DNA of 64,000 nucleotides from assembly GCA_964252035.1 (NCBI GenBank), contig OZ176201.1; one strand, 5' to 3'. Of the stretch, positions 1 to 10,379 are shown piece by piece. Each line of letters begins with the position of its first letter. Within the stretch, counting starts at the first letter, position 1. The position numbers and the translations under genes are program-made. The notes beneath the pieces are model-generated. The model searched no databases and had not been told where the DNA came from. It saw nothing but the letters and a program-made list of their open reading frames with translations. The stretch comes from Podarcis erhardii (lineage: Eukaryota).

Positions 1-2312
1 GTCACTGGTAAATCACTCTCCATACAGATATCAAGTGTCTCTCTTTTATAGAAGGTGCTTAGGAGGAGAATAGGCCAACTGTTGACAGAGAAAAGTCACA
101 GAACTGGATCAAAGAATTAGATAACGCCGAGTCCTTAAAAACACTGAACAGCATTGTTGTTGTATAAAGTGATTCTTAAGATGACTTATCAAGTAGCTGT
201 GGTCTTTGCTAAACTAGCTAAATACAAAGGGTCTCTTTTAAATTACTCAACTTTCCTCAATCTTAGCTCTAAGCAAAAGGGCAGGTGTATTTGATCATGG
301 TAACCCAAGAAGTAGCCTTTGGGGGAGGAACTGCAGCGCTGCGGCAAGACCACATGGCTCTACGTGCATCAACTCCCAGGTTCACTCTCTGGTATCTCCA
401 GTTTAAAAAAGAAGGTAGAGGCAGGCGATGGGGAAAAGCCCCTGGAGAGTTGCTGCCAGTCACTACAGTGGGCTGGCGGGACAAAGTCCTACACGTCCCC
501 TGCACTTTCTACAACTCAGCAGTACCTTAAAAAAATCTCCCACATTTCTTCTCTGTGCAACAACCAGGGGTAGTACAGTAATTGCAAAACAATGTCAAAT
601 GGTCAAGCCTAAATATCCACAGAAACTTCAGGTGAAATGCACAGGCTTGCATATTGTAAGAGTTCATAAGGAAACAAGCCACCACACCTGCGGTAAATGC
701 TTTTCAAATCCATGTTCATCCTCCTGATTCTGTTAAAACTGACCAAAAAACTCAGGCGAGCTTTTGTGGGGTGGGAGGAGATTAAACTCTCCATTTCTCA
801 TGTCAAAACCTAGCTCTGTCCACAGTAGCCCAATGTTTACAAAAATCACTTGGCTCGACTGAGCCCTTAAGAGGAAACTATCATCCAAAAGTAAACCCTT
901 GCTGTAACTTGATTCTATGTTAGCACAACCAAAATAGAATTACAAGTGAAAACGAAATCCCAGAAAAGAAAGCAAACTTTGGAAGTGCTTGTGTAATCCA
1001 AGTTAAATAATGAACCTGCTTATGAGGAAATAAAGAACCCATGATTGTTTATCAATAACTAACCAGATAACACTTAGTCATAGCTATAACCTTTAACCAC
1101 TGAGGGCTGCCTTAGAGGGACAGCTCTAAGGAGACCGTCACATTTCACCCACCAGTACCCTGACACAGTAACTTACTAGCTGCAAAAGAAAGGAAGGGGA
1201 AAAGGATGGAGGCAAGGGGTAAGCAAGCCTCCCCTTTAGAGCCCCAAATAATGGGCAGGATGATCCTTACAGCCAAATGACAGGAGAGAGAAAAAAATAA
1301 TGTCACACAATGACCCATAACATCACGTGAGCACTGTGACATCAGAAAGCCAGCCAATCAGCTTTGAAGTTCTCTACTGTGGAGCATCTGTCAGGCTTCT
1401 GCTCAAGCAACAGGTTGCCATACTCCAACTATCCCAAGCTCAGGAGAGGAATTTGGTTTGAGAACCAGAAGCTCCCTACTCCAGCAGGCCCAAGAAGCAA
1501 TATTAACAGGATGTAGATGGGGCAGATTTTAATGTCCAGTTCTCATATTAATCTCCAAGGGCACCAAACACCAGTCAGTTATGAGAGCATACAAGTCATT
1601 AAGCAGCTGGAATTCAAGAACTACGTCAACACTATGTGTTTGAAGTTGCAGCTATTTGCACAAAAAGCACCATGCCATTTAGCCAAATCACCTAACACGT
1701 CATTGGGTGTGGATCCTTTGATCTGTAACAACCACAGGAACAGAATTTACTAAGAAAACAAACTTGCACTGGGGTGAGGTGAAATTATCCCTGGCTGAGG
1801 TATCTCATTTCTAGATATAGATGATTTGGCTCAAATCTGCCTGGGATACGCAAATATATTTGCTCTGAAGTCCTGCTCCTTAGTCTGGACATGAGTACAC
1901 AAAGCTGGTGGTGCTCAGGATGGAGGGAAAGGCTAGCTGCGCATGCCTTGTAGTTATTTCACATGATCCAAGACTTGGTTTTGAGAATGAACCCACATTT
2001 CAGGGCCCAAACAGTACAATATAGGGGCTTCCTCACTACTAACGCTCCAGAGCAGAGGGGAACACCATGCAGCCCTCCAGGTGTTGTTGGACTACAACTC
2101 ATCACCTCTGACCAGTAAGCCATGTTCCACACAGCTAACCCAGAGCATGACATCTAAAAGTTATAATCTGAAAGAAAGAAAACACTTCACCAAACAAATA
2201 TCCAACAGCAAGTTCAGAGACTATTCCACAATCAAGTAGTCCAATATACCAGCAAGTTTTGTTCCATATTTTCTGGGTTCAGGTTCCATGCCTCGAGTTT
2301 TTGACATCTGAA

Positions 2313-2606
2313 GATAGTCATCTTCAAATATCTAGAGGGTTGTCACATTGAGTGAGCAAACTTGTTTTTTGCTCTGGAGGCTTGGACATGAACAAATGGA
2401 TTCAAGCTACAAGAAAGGAGATTCTGACTAAAGAACTTTCTAAGAGTAAGAGCTGTTTGAAAGTGGAACAAACTCCCATGGGAGGTGGCAGACGCCCATC
2501 TGCTTAGCAGAGATTAGATGGCCATCTGTCATGGATGCTTTAGTTAAGATTCCTGCATTGCAGGGGGTTGGACTAGATGACCCTTTCCAACTCCACAATT
2601 CTATGA
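2313..2606 (+). mobile_element. Old CR1 LINE 3' end fragment
   Basis: Degenerate CR1 ORF2 end (aagaactttctaagagtaagagctgtt...tggaacaaactccc) followed by the CR1 3' UTR gggggttggactagatgacc...ccaactccacaattctatga. Confidence 0.75.
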
Positions 2607-3099
2607 AATATGTTGAAAGCACAGGTGAGAGTTATGGTGAGGAAGCTGAAGCAGATGGGAGGCCAGTGTGGTAGGAAATAGTTATCTACCATGACTACAG
2701 AAGAGGAATGTTCTATGGGCCGCCTTCCAGTCCTTTCGATGCTCAAATACAAAGACAGACAGCAGCAGCAGAGACAACAGAGGCCAACTCTAAGCTTAAC
2801 CCTGACTCAAACCAAATAGTTCTGGACAGCTGAGTGCACTAACGCCCCACCTTCCCACCCCTCAGCAAAAAAAACCCCTACTCTTGCCAAAGCAAGCAGC
2901 AATACACATGCCACTCCCCCCCCATTCCCCATTTATCTCTTTGCACGTATGCCCCCAGAGGGAAAAAACCGCAAGGATTACAGAACAGATCAGTCAAAAT
3001 TAAACAAAATCAGATTAAACAAGGCCTGTTTTCAAACTCCATTGCTCCGCAATGGTTTCCTTACCCCCTAAGCTTTGCATCGTTATCTATTATTTGCCA

Positions 3100-4330
3100 C
3101 TGTCAGGGGCCGCCTCACAGGCGAGCGGAGCAAAACTCAAGCTTCCTTTGCGCGCTTTGCAAAGACTATTTAATAGTTAACAACACAGTGATCTGGCTAA
3201 AAGCTACGAGCAGCAAACCCAACGCTGTAGACACGGGACAGGGTAACGTGGGAAGAGTCGACTCCACGGGACCCTGGAGCCCGGGAGCCAGTTTTCGGGA
3301 ACAACCCGCCACTCCTCCTCCGGGCAATCGAGGGAGGTTCGACCCACCGTGATATGGGGTGGGGGGGAGAGAGGGGTGGGGATCCCTATGACGTCAGCTC
3401 TCACAACCCCCCTCCCCCTCTGAAGAGACTGACCAATCCGAGAGGCGGAACCAGGCGGAGGGGATCCTTCCCTCCCTCCCTTCCTTCGCGGAGCCCGACA
3501 CAAAGGGGCGGAGGGGAGGTTCCAGAGCGGGAGGGCCACTTCCGAAAAGGCCCCTCAGATGAGGGAGGGGAGGCTTCGGAGACCGCGCAGGCCGAGGGGG
3601 GCCGGGACCGGAAGTAGGCCCCAGGGAGGCGCGACGGCGGCCCTTACCTCCCGCGGAGGATCCTCTTGCCTCGGCGACAACAGCGGCTGCTGCTCCTTGG
3701 CGAGCCGTACGTGTCTCTCCCCTCGGACGCCTCCGCCCCCTCCCGCTTACGTCCTCCTTCCTCGCCGCCGCCCCATTGGCTCTCTCGCCCCCAGAAGTCC
3801 CGCCCCGGCCTCGCATTGGTATTTAACCAAACGCTCTGCGTACCTCGGTTTCGATTGGCCGGCTGCTGACACCTTTTCCCTTTCATTGGTTGCGCGGCCG
3901 CGCCCAGGCAGCTGCCATTGGTCCACCTCGGGGTGGGGGATGGGGCGGAGGGGGCAACCAATGAGAAGCGGCGCTGAGGTGCGACGTCCATTGGTTTTCC
4001 AGCGTCGGGCCAATAGGCAGCGCCCTTGGTAGGTTGCGGCCCGATTGCGACAGCTCGGTCGTCTCCCCTTTCCCCAGAAGTGGCACGCGGCCCCCTCGTG
4101 GCGGGAGCGCGAGGAGAGCAGCACAGGGCGGGCTGCGCAGCGCCTCTAGCGGCGAGGTTGATTTGGGCTGTGCGTGCGGCGTCCCGGCGCATCCAATGGC
4201 GTGGAGTGCCATCTACCGGCCAGTGCGCCTCACTGCATCTGAGGTCGCCGGGGCTTTTCTGCAGTTCCAGGCTGAGAGCCTTGCAATGCTGTCTCCGCTG
4301 GGCTGCAACCCTTGGCATGGCCGAATGTCA
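3100..4330 (-). promoter_or_regulatory. CpG-island promoter of a divergently oriented gene (probably TMBIM6, by synteny only)
   Basis: CpG/GC-rich. Eight CCAAT/ATTGG boxes in 3775-4014, a palindromic CRE TGACGTCA at 3389-3396, an ETS motif CCGGAAGT at 3608 and GC boxes. TMBIM6 lies head-to-head upstream of FMNL3 in mammals (recalled), but no TMBIM6 coding sequence was found in the window. Confidence 0.7.
3648..3720 (-). other. Probable non-coding first exon of the - strand gene
   Basis: The - strand reads ...ccgcgggag|gtaagggcc, a consensus donor with the intron starting at 3647, just downstream of the CCAAT array. The 5' boundary is estimated. Confidence 0.5.
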
Positions 4331-4578
4331 CGTGATCCCACGCCGCACTGCAGGCTGGTTATTGAAGGCAATGAGTCCAATGGCAGCACTTGTTCAAAAG
4401 GTTATAAATTGGAATCATCATCATCAGAAAATACGGTTTTATATATGAAACCACAATAGTATCAGCTGTCATATGCATCTTTAAAACAAAATAAAAAAAA
4501 TCCTTCCAGTAGCACCTTAAAGACCAACTAAAAAAATTCCTTCCAGTAGCACCTTAAAGACCAACTGAGTTAGTTCTA

Positions 4579-4616
4579 GGTATGAGCTTTCGTGTGCATG
4601 CACACTTCTTCAGATA
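4579..4616 (-). ncRNA. Second minimal hammerhead motif (stem I only 3 bp)
   Basis: Same core, UAU CUGAAGA A GUGUGCAUGCACAC GAA AGCU C AUA, 162 bp from the first copy. Confidence 0.55.
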
Positions 4617-4740
4617 AAGTACCTAGAACTAACTCAGTTGGTCTTTAAGGTGCTACTGGAAGGAATTTTTTTACTTTGTTTTGACCATGGCAGACCAACA
4701 CGGCTACCTATCTGTAACAAGACCAACTAAGTTAGTTCTA

Positions 4741-4780
4741 GGTATGAGCTTTCGTGTGCATGCACACTTCTTCAGATACC
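4741..4780 (-). ncRNA. Minimal type I hammerhead ribozyme motif (PLE-associated)
   Basis: The - strand reads GGUAU CUGAAGA A GUGUGC-AU-GCACAC GAA AGCU C AUACC: 5-bp stem I, CUGANGA core, 6-bp stem II, GAA, palindromic AGCU in place of stem III, and a CUC cleavage triplet. Confidence 0.7.
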
Positions 4781-5210
4781 CATGCACACGAAAGCTCATA
4801 CCTAGAACTAACTTAGTTGGTCTTTAAGGTGCTACTGGAAGGCTTTTTTTTTATTTTGTTTTGACTATGGCAGACCAACACGGCTACCTATCTGTAACTG
4901 GAAATATGCATCTTTAATAGTGTCAGATAGATATACAATAAAACGCCCAAAGGGTGGGTTATTGGTTTTTGTTTTATTTTGTATTTTGCATTCTCATCTT
5001 TTATATTGTTTCTGCTGGCCAATCAGTGTTACTAGACCATATGTTTAAATGAGTCCATATGTTAAAATGGTAAACATACACGCCAATGTGTGACTGCCGC
5101 AGAACTGAAACTCAAATTATCCTCTACCCCAGCTAAACCTTATTGTTCATCAAGCATGTCTATACAGTCTCTGAAGCCTATAAATGTTTACTCAGAAGTA
5201 AGTCTCCTTG

Positions 5211-5562
5211 GTTAACTTATATGCAGAATTCATCATGCGAAAGGCTGGGCTGGATGAATCCCAAGCCGGAATTAAGATCGCCGGAAGAAATATCAACAAC
5301 CTCAGATATGCAGATGATACAACCTTGATGGCAGAAAGCGAAGAGGAATTAAAGAACCTTTTAATGAGAGTGAAAGAGGAGAGTGCAAAATATGGTCTGA
5401 AGCTCAACATAAAAAAACCTAAGATCATGGCCACTGGTCCCATCACCTCCTGGCAAATAGAAGGGGAAGAAATGGAGGCAGTGAGAGATTTTACTTTCTT
5501 GGGCTCCATGATCACTGCAGATGGTGACAGCAGCCACGAAATTAAAAGACACCTGCTCCTTG
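5211..5562 (+). mobile_element. BovB (RTE clade) LINE internal reverse-transcriptase fragment
   Basis: Translates NLYAEFIMRKAGLDESQAGIKIAGRNINNLRYADDTTLMAESEEELKNLL...HEIKRHLLL, with the YADD motif and near-identity to BovB ORF as recalled. Confidence 0.93.
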
Positions 5563-5680
5563 TGTTCAGTGGGGCTAGTTTCCAATAGGATTTCCAAGCC
5601 TAAATGAAACAATTTAGCTCAAAATTTGGATTATCCAACTGCAGTCCTAAGAATATTTATGAGTAAGTAAGTCCCGTCAG

Positions 5681-5884
5681 AAGACCCTGATGTTGGGAAA
5701 GATGGATGGCACAAGGAGAAGGGGATGACAGAGGATGAGATGGTTGGATAGTGTTGTTGAAGCTACCAGCATGAGTTTGACCAAACTGCGGGAGGCAACG
5801 GAAGACATGAGTGCCAGGCGTGCTCTGGTCCATGGGGTCACGAAGAGTCGGACACGACTAAATGACTAAACAACAACAACAACC
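5681..5884 (+). mobile_element. BovB 3' end, 5'-truncated
   Basis: aagaccctgatgttgggaaagat...ggggtcacgaagagtcggacacgact followed by a (CAA)n tail. 12-bp TSD aagtcccgtcag at 5669-5680 and 5885-5896. Confidence 0.9.
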
Positions 5885-5941
5885 AAGTCCCGTCAGGCAC
5901 AGTCAAATGTCATTTCCAAGTAAATATGGCTAGGGCTGGAC

Positions 5942-6189
5942 CAGGGGTCAGCAAACTTTCATCATGGGGCCAGTCCACTGTCCCTCAGACCTTGTGGGGG
6001 GCCGGACTATATTTTTTTTTGGGGGGGGATGAACTAATTCCTATGCCCCCCAAATAACTCAGAGATGCATTTTAAATAAAAGGACACATTCTACTCATGT
6101 AAAAACATGCTGATTCCCGGACTGTCTGCGGGCCAGATTTAGAAGGCAATTTCAGATCCGGCCCCCAGGCCTTAGTTTACCTACCCATG
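5942..6189 (+). mobile_element. hAT (Charlie-like) MITE
   Basis: Termini caggggtcagcaaac / gtttacctacccatg. Perfect 8-bp TSD ggctggac. Confidence 0.88.
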
Positions 6190-6320
6190 GGCTGGACCAT
6201 ACAAGTACTGCAGTTTAGCTGATTTATGAATCAAATGTTTGCCTACATTTTTTTTAAAAAAGTAACATTTGCTTACAGCCAGAATAATAGGGTATCCATT
6301 GTATAAATAAATGTGAAATA

Positions 6321-6555
6321 CAGTGGTACCTCTGGTTACATAATTCTTTCCAGAGGTCTGTTCTTAACCTGAAACTGTTCTTAACCTGAAGCACCACTTT
6401 AGCTAATGGGGTCTCCCGCTGCTGCTGTGCCGCCATGTGATTTCTGTTCTCATCCTGAAGCAAAGTTCTTAACCTGAAGTACTGTTTCTGGGTTAGTGGA
6501 GTCTGTAACCTGAAGCGTATGTAACCTGAAGCGTATGTAACTCGAGGTACCACTG
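6321..6555 (+). mobile_element. Tc1/mariner (pogo/Tigger-like) MITE
   Basis: TIRs cagtggtacctc / gaggtaccactg with TA on both sides. Confidence 0.9.
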
Positions 6556-7214
6556 TAAATAAATGTGAAAGCCCACCATTCCACTTCAGCCTGGTCCCAG
6601 GGACCTAGCTCATGCGTTATTTGGAAGTGCAAACTTGCTGCATGTACCCTGGTATTTGCAAGCGCACTGCAGGCATGCACCATGAAGCCACAGCCAATAG
6701 TAGCTCCACAGTGAATGTCTGTTGAATGTGCAGGTGTGCGTTCCTACCCTTAAGTTGAGGTGGCCAATTTTTGGGCGCCATGAAGGATGGCAGAGTTGGA
6801 GGCAGACCGGCCTGGCTGATGAAGACACAATGCACAATGTGCTTCCTTTGGGAAACATCTCAGTAGACTGTTCTTCAACTTAATGCGTGTGCATGTGGGT
6901 GGTTGTCAGTACTCAAATTATGAGGGGACTGGACCTTTAAGTGTTGCTAACCACAGTATATAAATGTTTTTAAATAAATAATGTTTAAAATGAAATTCAC
7001 ACGCCATAACCTTACATATATTCCAGCTTTTGTCAAATAATGCCAACTAAAAACAAAAGTACCCAAAGTGGGCATATCAAAAATGGGCTACGGCCCATCT
7101 GCACCCCTTGCCCCACCATCCTGGATTTGGAGCCCTGGTGGGGAGTGCCATTTTGATTTTCTTTCTCAGGCAAATAAAACATTTGGGGTGCTTTTTGTGC
7201 ACAAATTTGCATTT

Positions 7215-7472
7215 TGTTATGTACTGAAGTTCTCACCCTGGGCCAGCAGGGGGATACTGTAGATAGTTCGGGTCCACATATGCAAATAAGGGATTGAAAG
7301 TGACGTTCAGTGATTGGATAGTTACAGAAAATGCTTACTGTTGCGTTCTAGTGGAGCTCTATATAAGCAGGCTGGGTGAACCCTTCAGTTCAGTTCAGTT
7401 CTGGCCTGTGAATAAACAAGAGCTGTTTGAAGAATCGCTGTGTCGTCTGATATGTTCACCCACAACTTAACA
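7215..7472 (+). mobile_element. Solo LTR
   Basis: TGTTA...TAACA termini and 5-bp TSD cattt. Internal ATGCAAAT (7280), ATTGG (7313), TATATAA (7360) and AATAAA (7411). Confidence 0.85.
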
Positions 7473-7610
7473 CATTTACTAACATGTGTTTTCCCATCAC
7501 GCTTTATAGATTTCCACCACTGTCAACCCCGCTGAACGTGTGGCCCCTGCTGAACTTGCACTGTGCAAGGGATAAGTCCAGCCTTAAGTATCCACCATTG
7601 TATTCTAGGG

Positions 7611-7746
7611 CAGTGTTCCCCAACCTTGGGCCTCCAGCTGTTTTTGGACTACAACTCCCATCATCCCTCGCTAGCAAGACCAGTGGTCAAGGATGATGGG
7701 AATTGTAGTCCAAAAACAGCTGGAGGCCCAAGATTGGGGAACACTG
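7611..7746. mobile_element. Palindromic hAT-type MITE (ggactacaactcccatcatccc family)
   Basis: Near-perfect hairpin cagtgttccccaacc...ggggaacactg with 8-bp TSD ttctaggg. Decayed relatives near 2060, 16900, 25466-25593, 29450, 35130, 36110 and 42075. Confidence 0.85.
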
Positions 7747-8946
7747 TTCTAGGGCAACCACTACCTGCTCTGCAAAGCTTGTGGAGTTTGTGTATGAGGG
7801 ATTTCCCCAAAGCAAATGAAGAAAGGCTGGGCACATCAAATGAGCAAGAATTATGTAGAATGTGCTGTCACTGCAAGGTGAGGAAGAGGCAAAGGCAGCT
7901 AGTTTTTCAGCAAAGCCAATAAAATGGCCCTGCTTCTTTCTTTCTCTCCCTCTGCTGCAGCCTGATAGAATTGGGACCCCACTCAACATCTTGTGGGAGA
8001 GTGGGGCATTGTCTGCATAGCCAGAGGCTGTTTTATAGACTGTTGATCTTCCTCTCTCAGCTATCCACAAATGCCAACAGAGTTATAAACTAGCATATAT
8101 ATGCAGTATATGGATCCAGTTCCATTAGGCTGCAGTGGAGGGAAAGACAGGAAACACTAGCTCTGCTGAGAAAGGTTGCTTTTTGCATTGTTGCTACGCA
8201 TATACAGAACCCAGAACTTAATTTTAGCAAGTGTCAGACTCCTACTTAGTTTGCAGTGTTGAGACATGTAAGCATCAGAAAACTCTTTTTGGGGCATAGA
8301 TGGTCAGAACAAGAATTAAACTAAAGGAGGGAGCTGCATTCCCTGGCCAGTGGTGAAAAGCTTGCCAACTGAGCGGGGGGGGGGGGGGGATGGTTCAACC
8401 TGCTCCTATGCTTTTAAATCAGCTTAATTTGCAGAACCATGGGTGAAACTTTTCATGGTACGGTTAAGCAGCATTACCTGCCAATGTCTGCAAGATCAAG
8501 CGGGTGTTAAAGACACTGGAGCAGGCAGTGGTAAAATAATAATAATAATGACAACCTTAGTTGTTAAGCAGGAAAAGCTAAAGGCCACTTTGAATGCTTA
8601 GGCCCAGAGACTTGACTCTCAGGTGTGTTAATTTCTTCTGTACCTTTAACAGCTGCATAACAGGTAGAAACGTGTGAATTTTCCTCCCATCACTGTACCA
8701 TGTTGGGAAAGCTGCTCTCACCAATTTCCAGTGAAAGGCACAACTGCTCCTACAATGGCCTTGTCGGGGGGGGGGGGGGGGAGTGTGGCTGGCTGGTGAG
8801 TGACCAGGCCTTTCTTGAAACCAGATTGTTGAGGAAGTATGTCATGATTTGCTGAACCCCTTTGATATGTAGAATGGAGACAGAGCAAATTGTATCCTTC
8901 TGTCCTCTATACTGGATGCATGTCAGAAAGTGACCACCAATGAGTA

Positions 8947-10348
8947 CAGTGGTACCTCGGGTTAAGTACTTAATTCGTTCCAGAGGTCTGTTCTTAACCT
9001 GAAACTGTTCTTAACCTGAAGCACCACTTTAGCTAATGGGGCCTCCTGCTGCTACCGCGCCGCCGGAGCACGATTTCTGTTCTCTTTTTTTATTATTAAT
9101 TTTTTAAGGAAATTTTTCTTTTACAAATTATTTAAACACAATCAAATTCCATATGTTACAGGTTTTTGACTTCCCTCGCTCCCCCCGCAATCCTCATACT
9201 TTTGTATTTATTCCGCATTTCCTTTATAATTATATTGCCAGTTTATAAATCTTTACAGCTCTTTTCCCTTTTACAATACCCTTTCTCATTCACAAAGCCT
9301 CTTTAAATCCAACTAGTGTTGTCTGCTCATCACAAATATTTTCCAGATAAATCGTAAACTTTCTCCAGTCCTGAGTGAACTTGTGGTCTTTCTGGTATCT
9401 AATTTTCCCTGTCAATTTGTCTAGTTCAGCAAAGTCCATCAGTTTCCGCCTCCATTCTTCCAGTGTCGGTAGTTCCTCTTGTTTCCATTTTTGGGCCATT
9501 AAAATTCTTGCCACAGTCACTGCATATTGGAAAAGTTTATAATCACTTCTATTAATTTCTCTTCCTGTAATTCCTAACAAAAAGGCTTCTGGTTTCTTCA
9601 CAAACGTATATTTAAACATCTTTTTCAATTCATTATATATCATTTCCCAGAAACCCTTTACTTTCTTACACTCCCACCACATATGGTAAAACGACCCTTC
9701 CCTTTCTTTACATTCCCAACATTTATTACAAGTTTTATACATTTTTGCAAGTTTAATGGGAGTGATATACCATCTATATACCATTTTCATAATGTTTTCC
9801 TTTATCGTCATACATGCAGTGAATTTCATATTTTCCTTCCATACTTTCTCCCAATCTGCTAATTGTATATTATAACCAAAGTCTCTGGCCCAATGTATCA
9901 TAACCGATTTAACTTCTTCGTCCTTTGTTTGCCATTCCAATAGCATTTTATACATTTTTGACAATACCTTATAATCGTTATTTATTATCTCTTTTTGAAA
10001 TCTAGACTCTCCTTCAATATATCTCCTCTCTTTACAATCCTTTTTAAACATTTCATTTGTTTGAAAATAGTGCAACCAATCATATACATATTTTTTAACT
10101 TGTTCATACGGCTTCATTTTCCATTTTCCCCCTTCTTTAATTACAATATCTCCATAAGTCATCCAGTCCTCTCTCATATTTGTCTTTTTAACACTCATGA
10201 CACTTTAGCTAATGGGGCCTCCTGCTGCTGCTGCGCCGCCAGAGCACGATTTCTGTTCTCATCCTGAAGCAAAGTTCTTAACCAGAAGCACTATTTCTGG
10301 GTTAGCGGCGTGTGTAACCTGAAGCGTATGTAACCAGAGGTACCACTG
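8947..10348 (+). mobile_element. pogo/Tigger-like MITE split by an L1 insertion (halves 8947-9084 and 10201-10348)
   Basis: Left TIR at 8947, right TIR ending at 10348, TA flanks. The internal sequence resumes after the L1. Confidence 0.88.
9085..10200 (-). mobile_element. 5'-truncated L1 LINE (ORF2 C-terminus, 3' UTR, A-rich tail)
   Basis: Uninterrupted 302-codon ORF 9290-10198 with the L1 ORF2 C-terminal CCHC-type motif CWECKEREGSFYHMWWEC. T-rich tail on the + strand at 9085. Confidence 0.92.
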
Positions 10349-10379
10349 TATTACCCTCCCCCGACCTATTCATTAAATG

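Larger units (their letters stand above)
4485..4903. mobile_element. Penelope-like element (PLE) terminal-repeat insertion, arranged as two tandem fold-back units
   Basis: Repeated agtagcaccttaaagaccaact...ggtatgagctttcgtgtgcatgcacacttcttcagata in both orientations, typical of reptile PLE ends. 14-bp direct repeat atatgcatctttaa at 4471-4484 and 4904-4917. Confidence 0.8.

Noticed and set aside
1-3060. TMBIM6 coding exons
   Set aside because: Searched by eye for MN(I/V)FDR.INFDAL..FSHI-like sequence on the - strand and found none, so no gene symbol was assigned
3204-4459. Cluster of 100-224-aa overlapping ORFs on both strands
   Set aside because: Arg/Pro/Gly-rich translations of a CpG island with no protein similarity recognised
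4498-4900. CRISPR-like or prokaryotic repeat array
   Set aside because: The context is eukaryotic and the repeats are PLE termini without unique spacers
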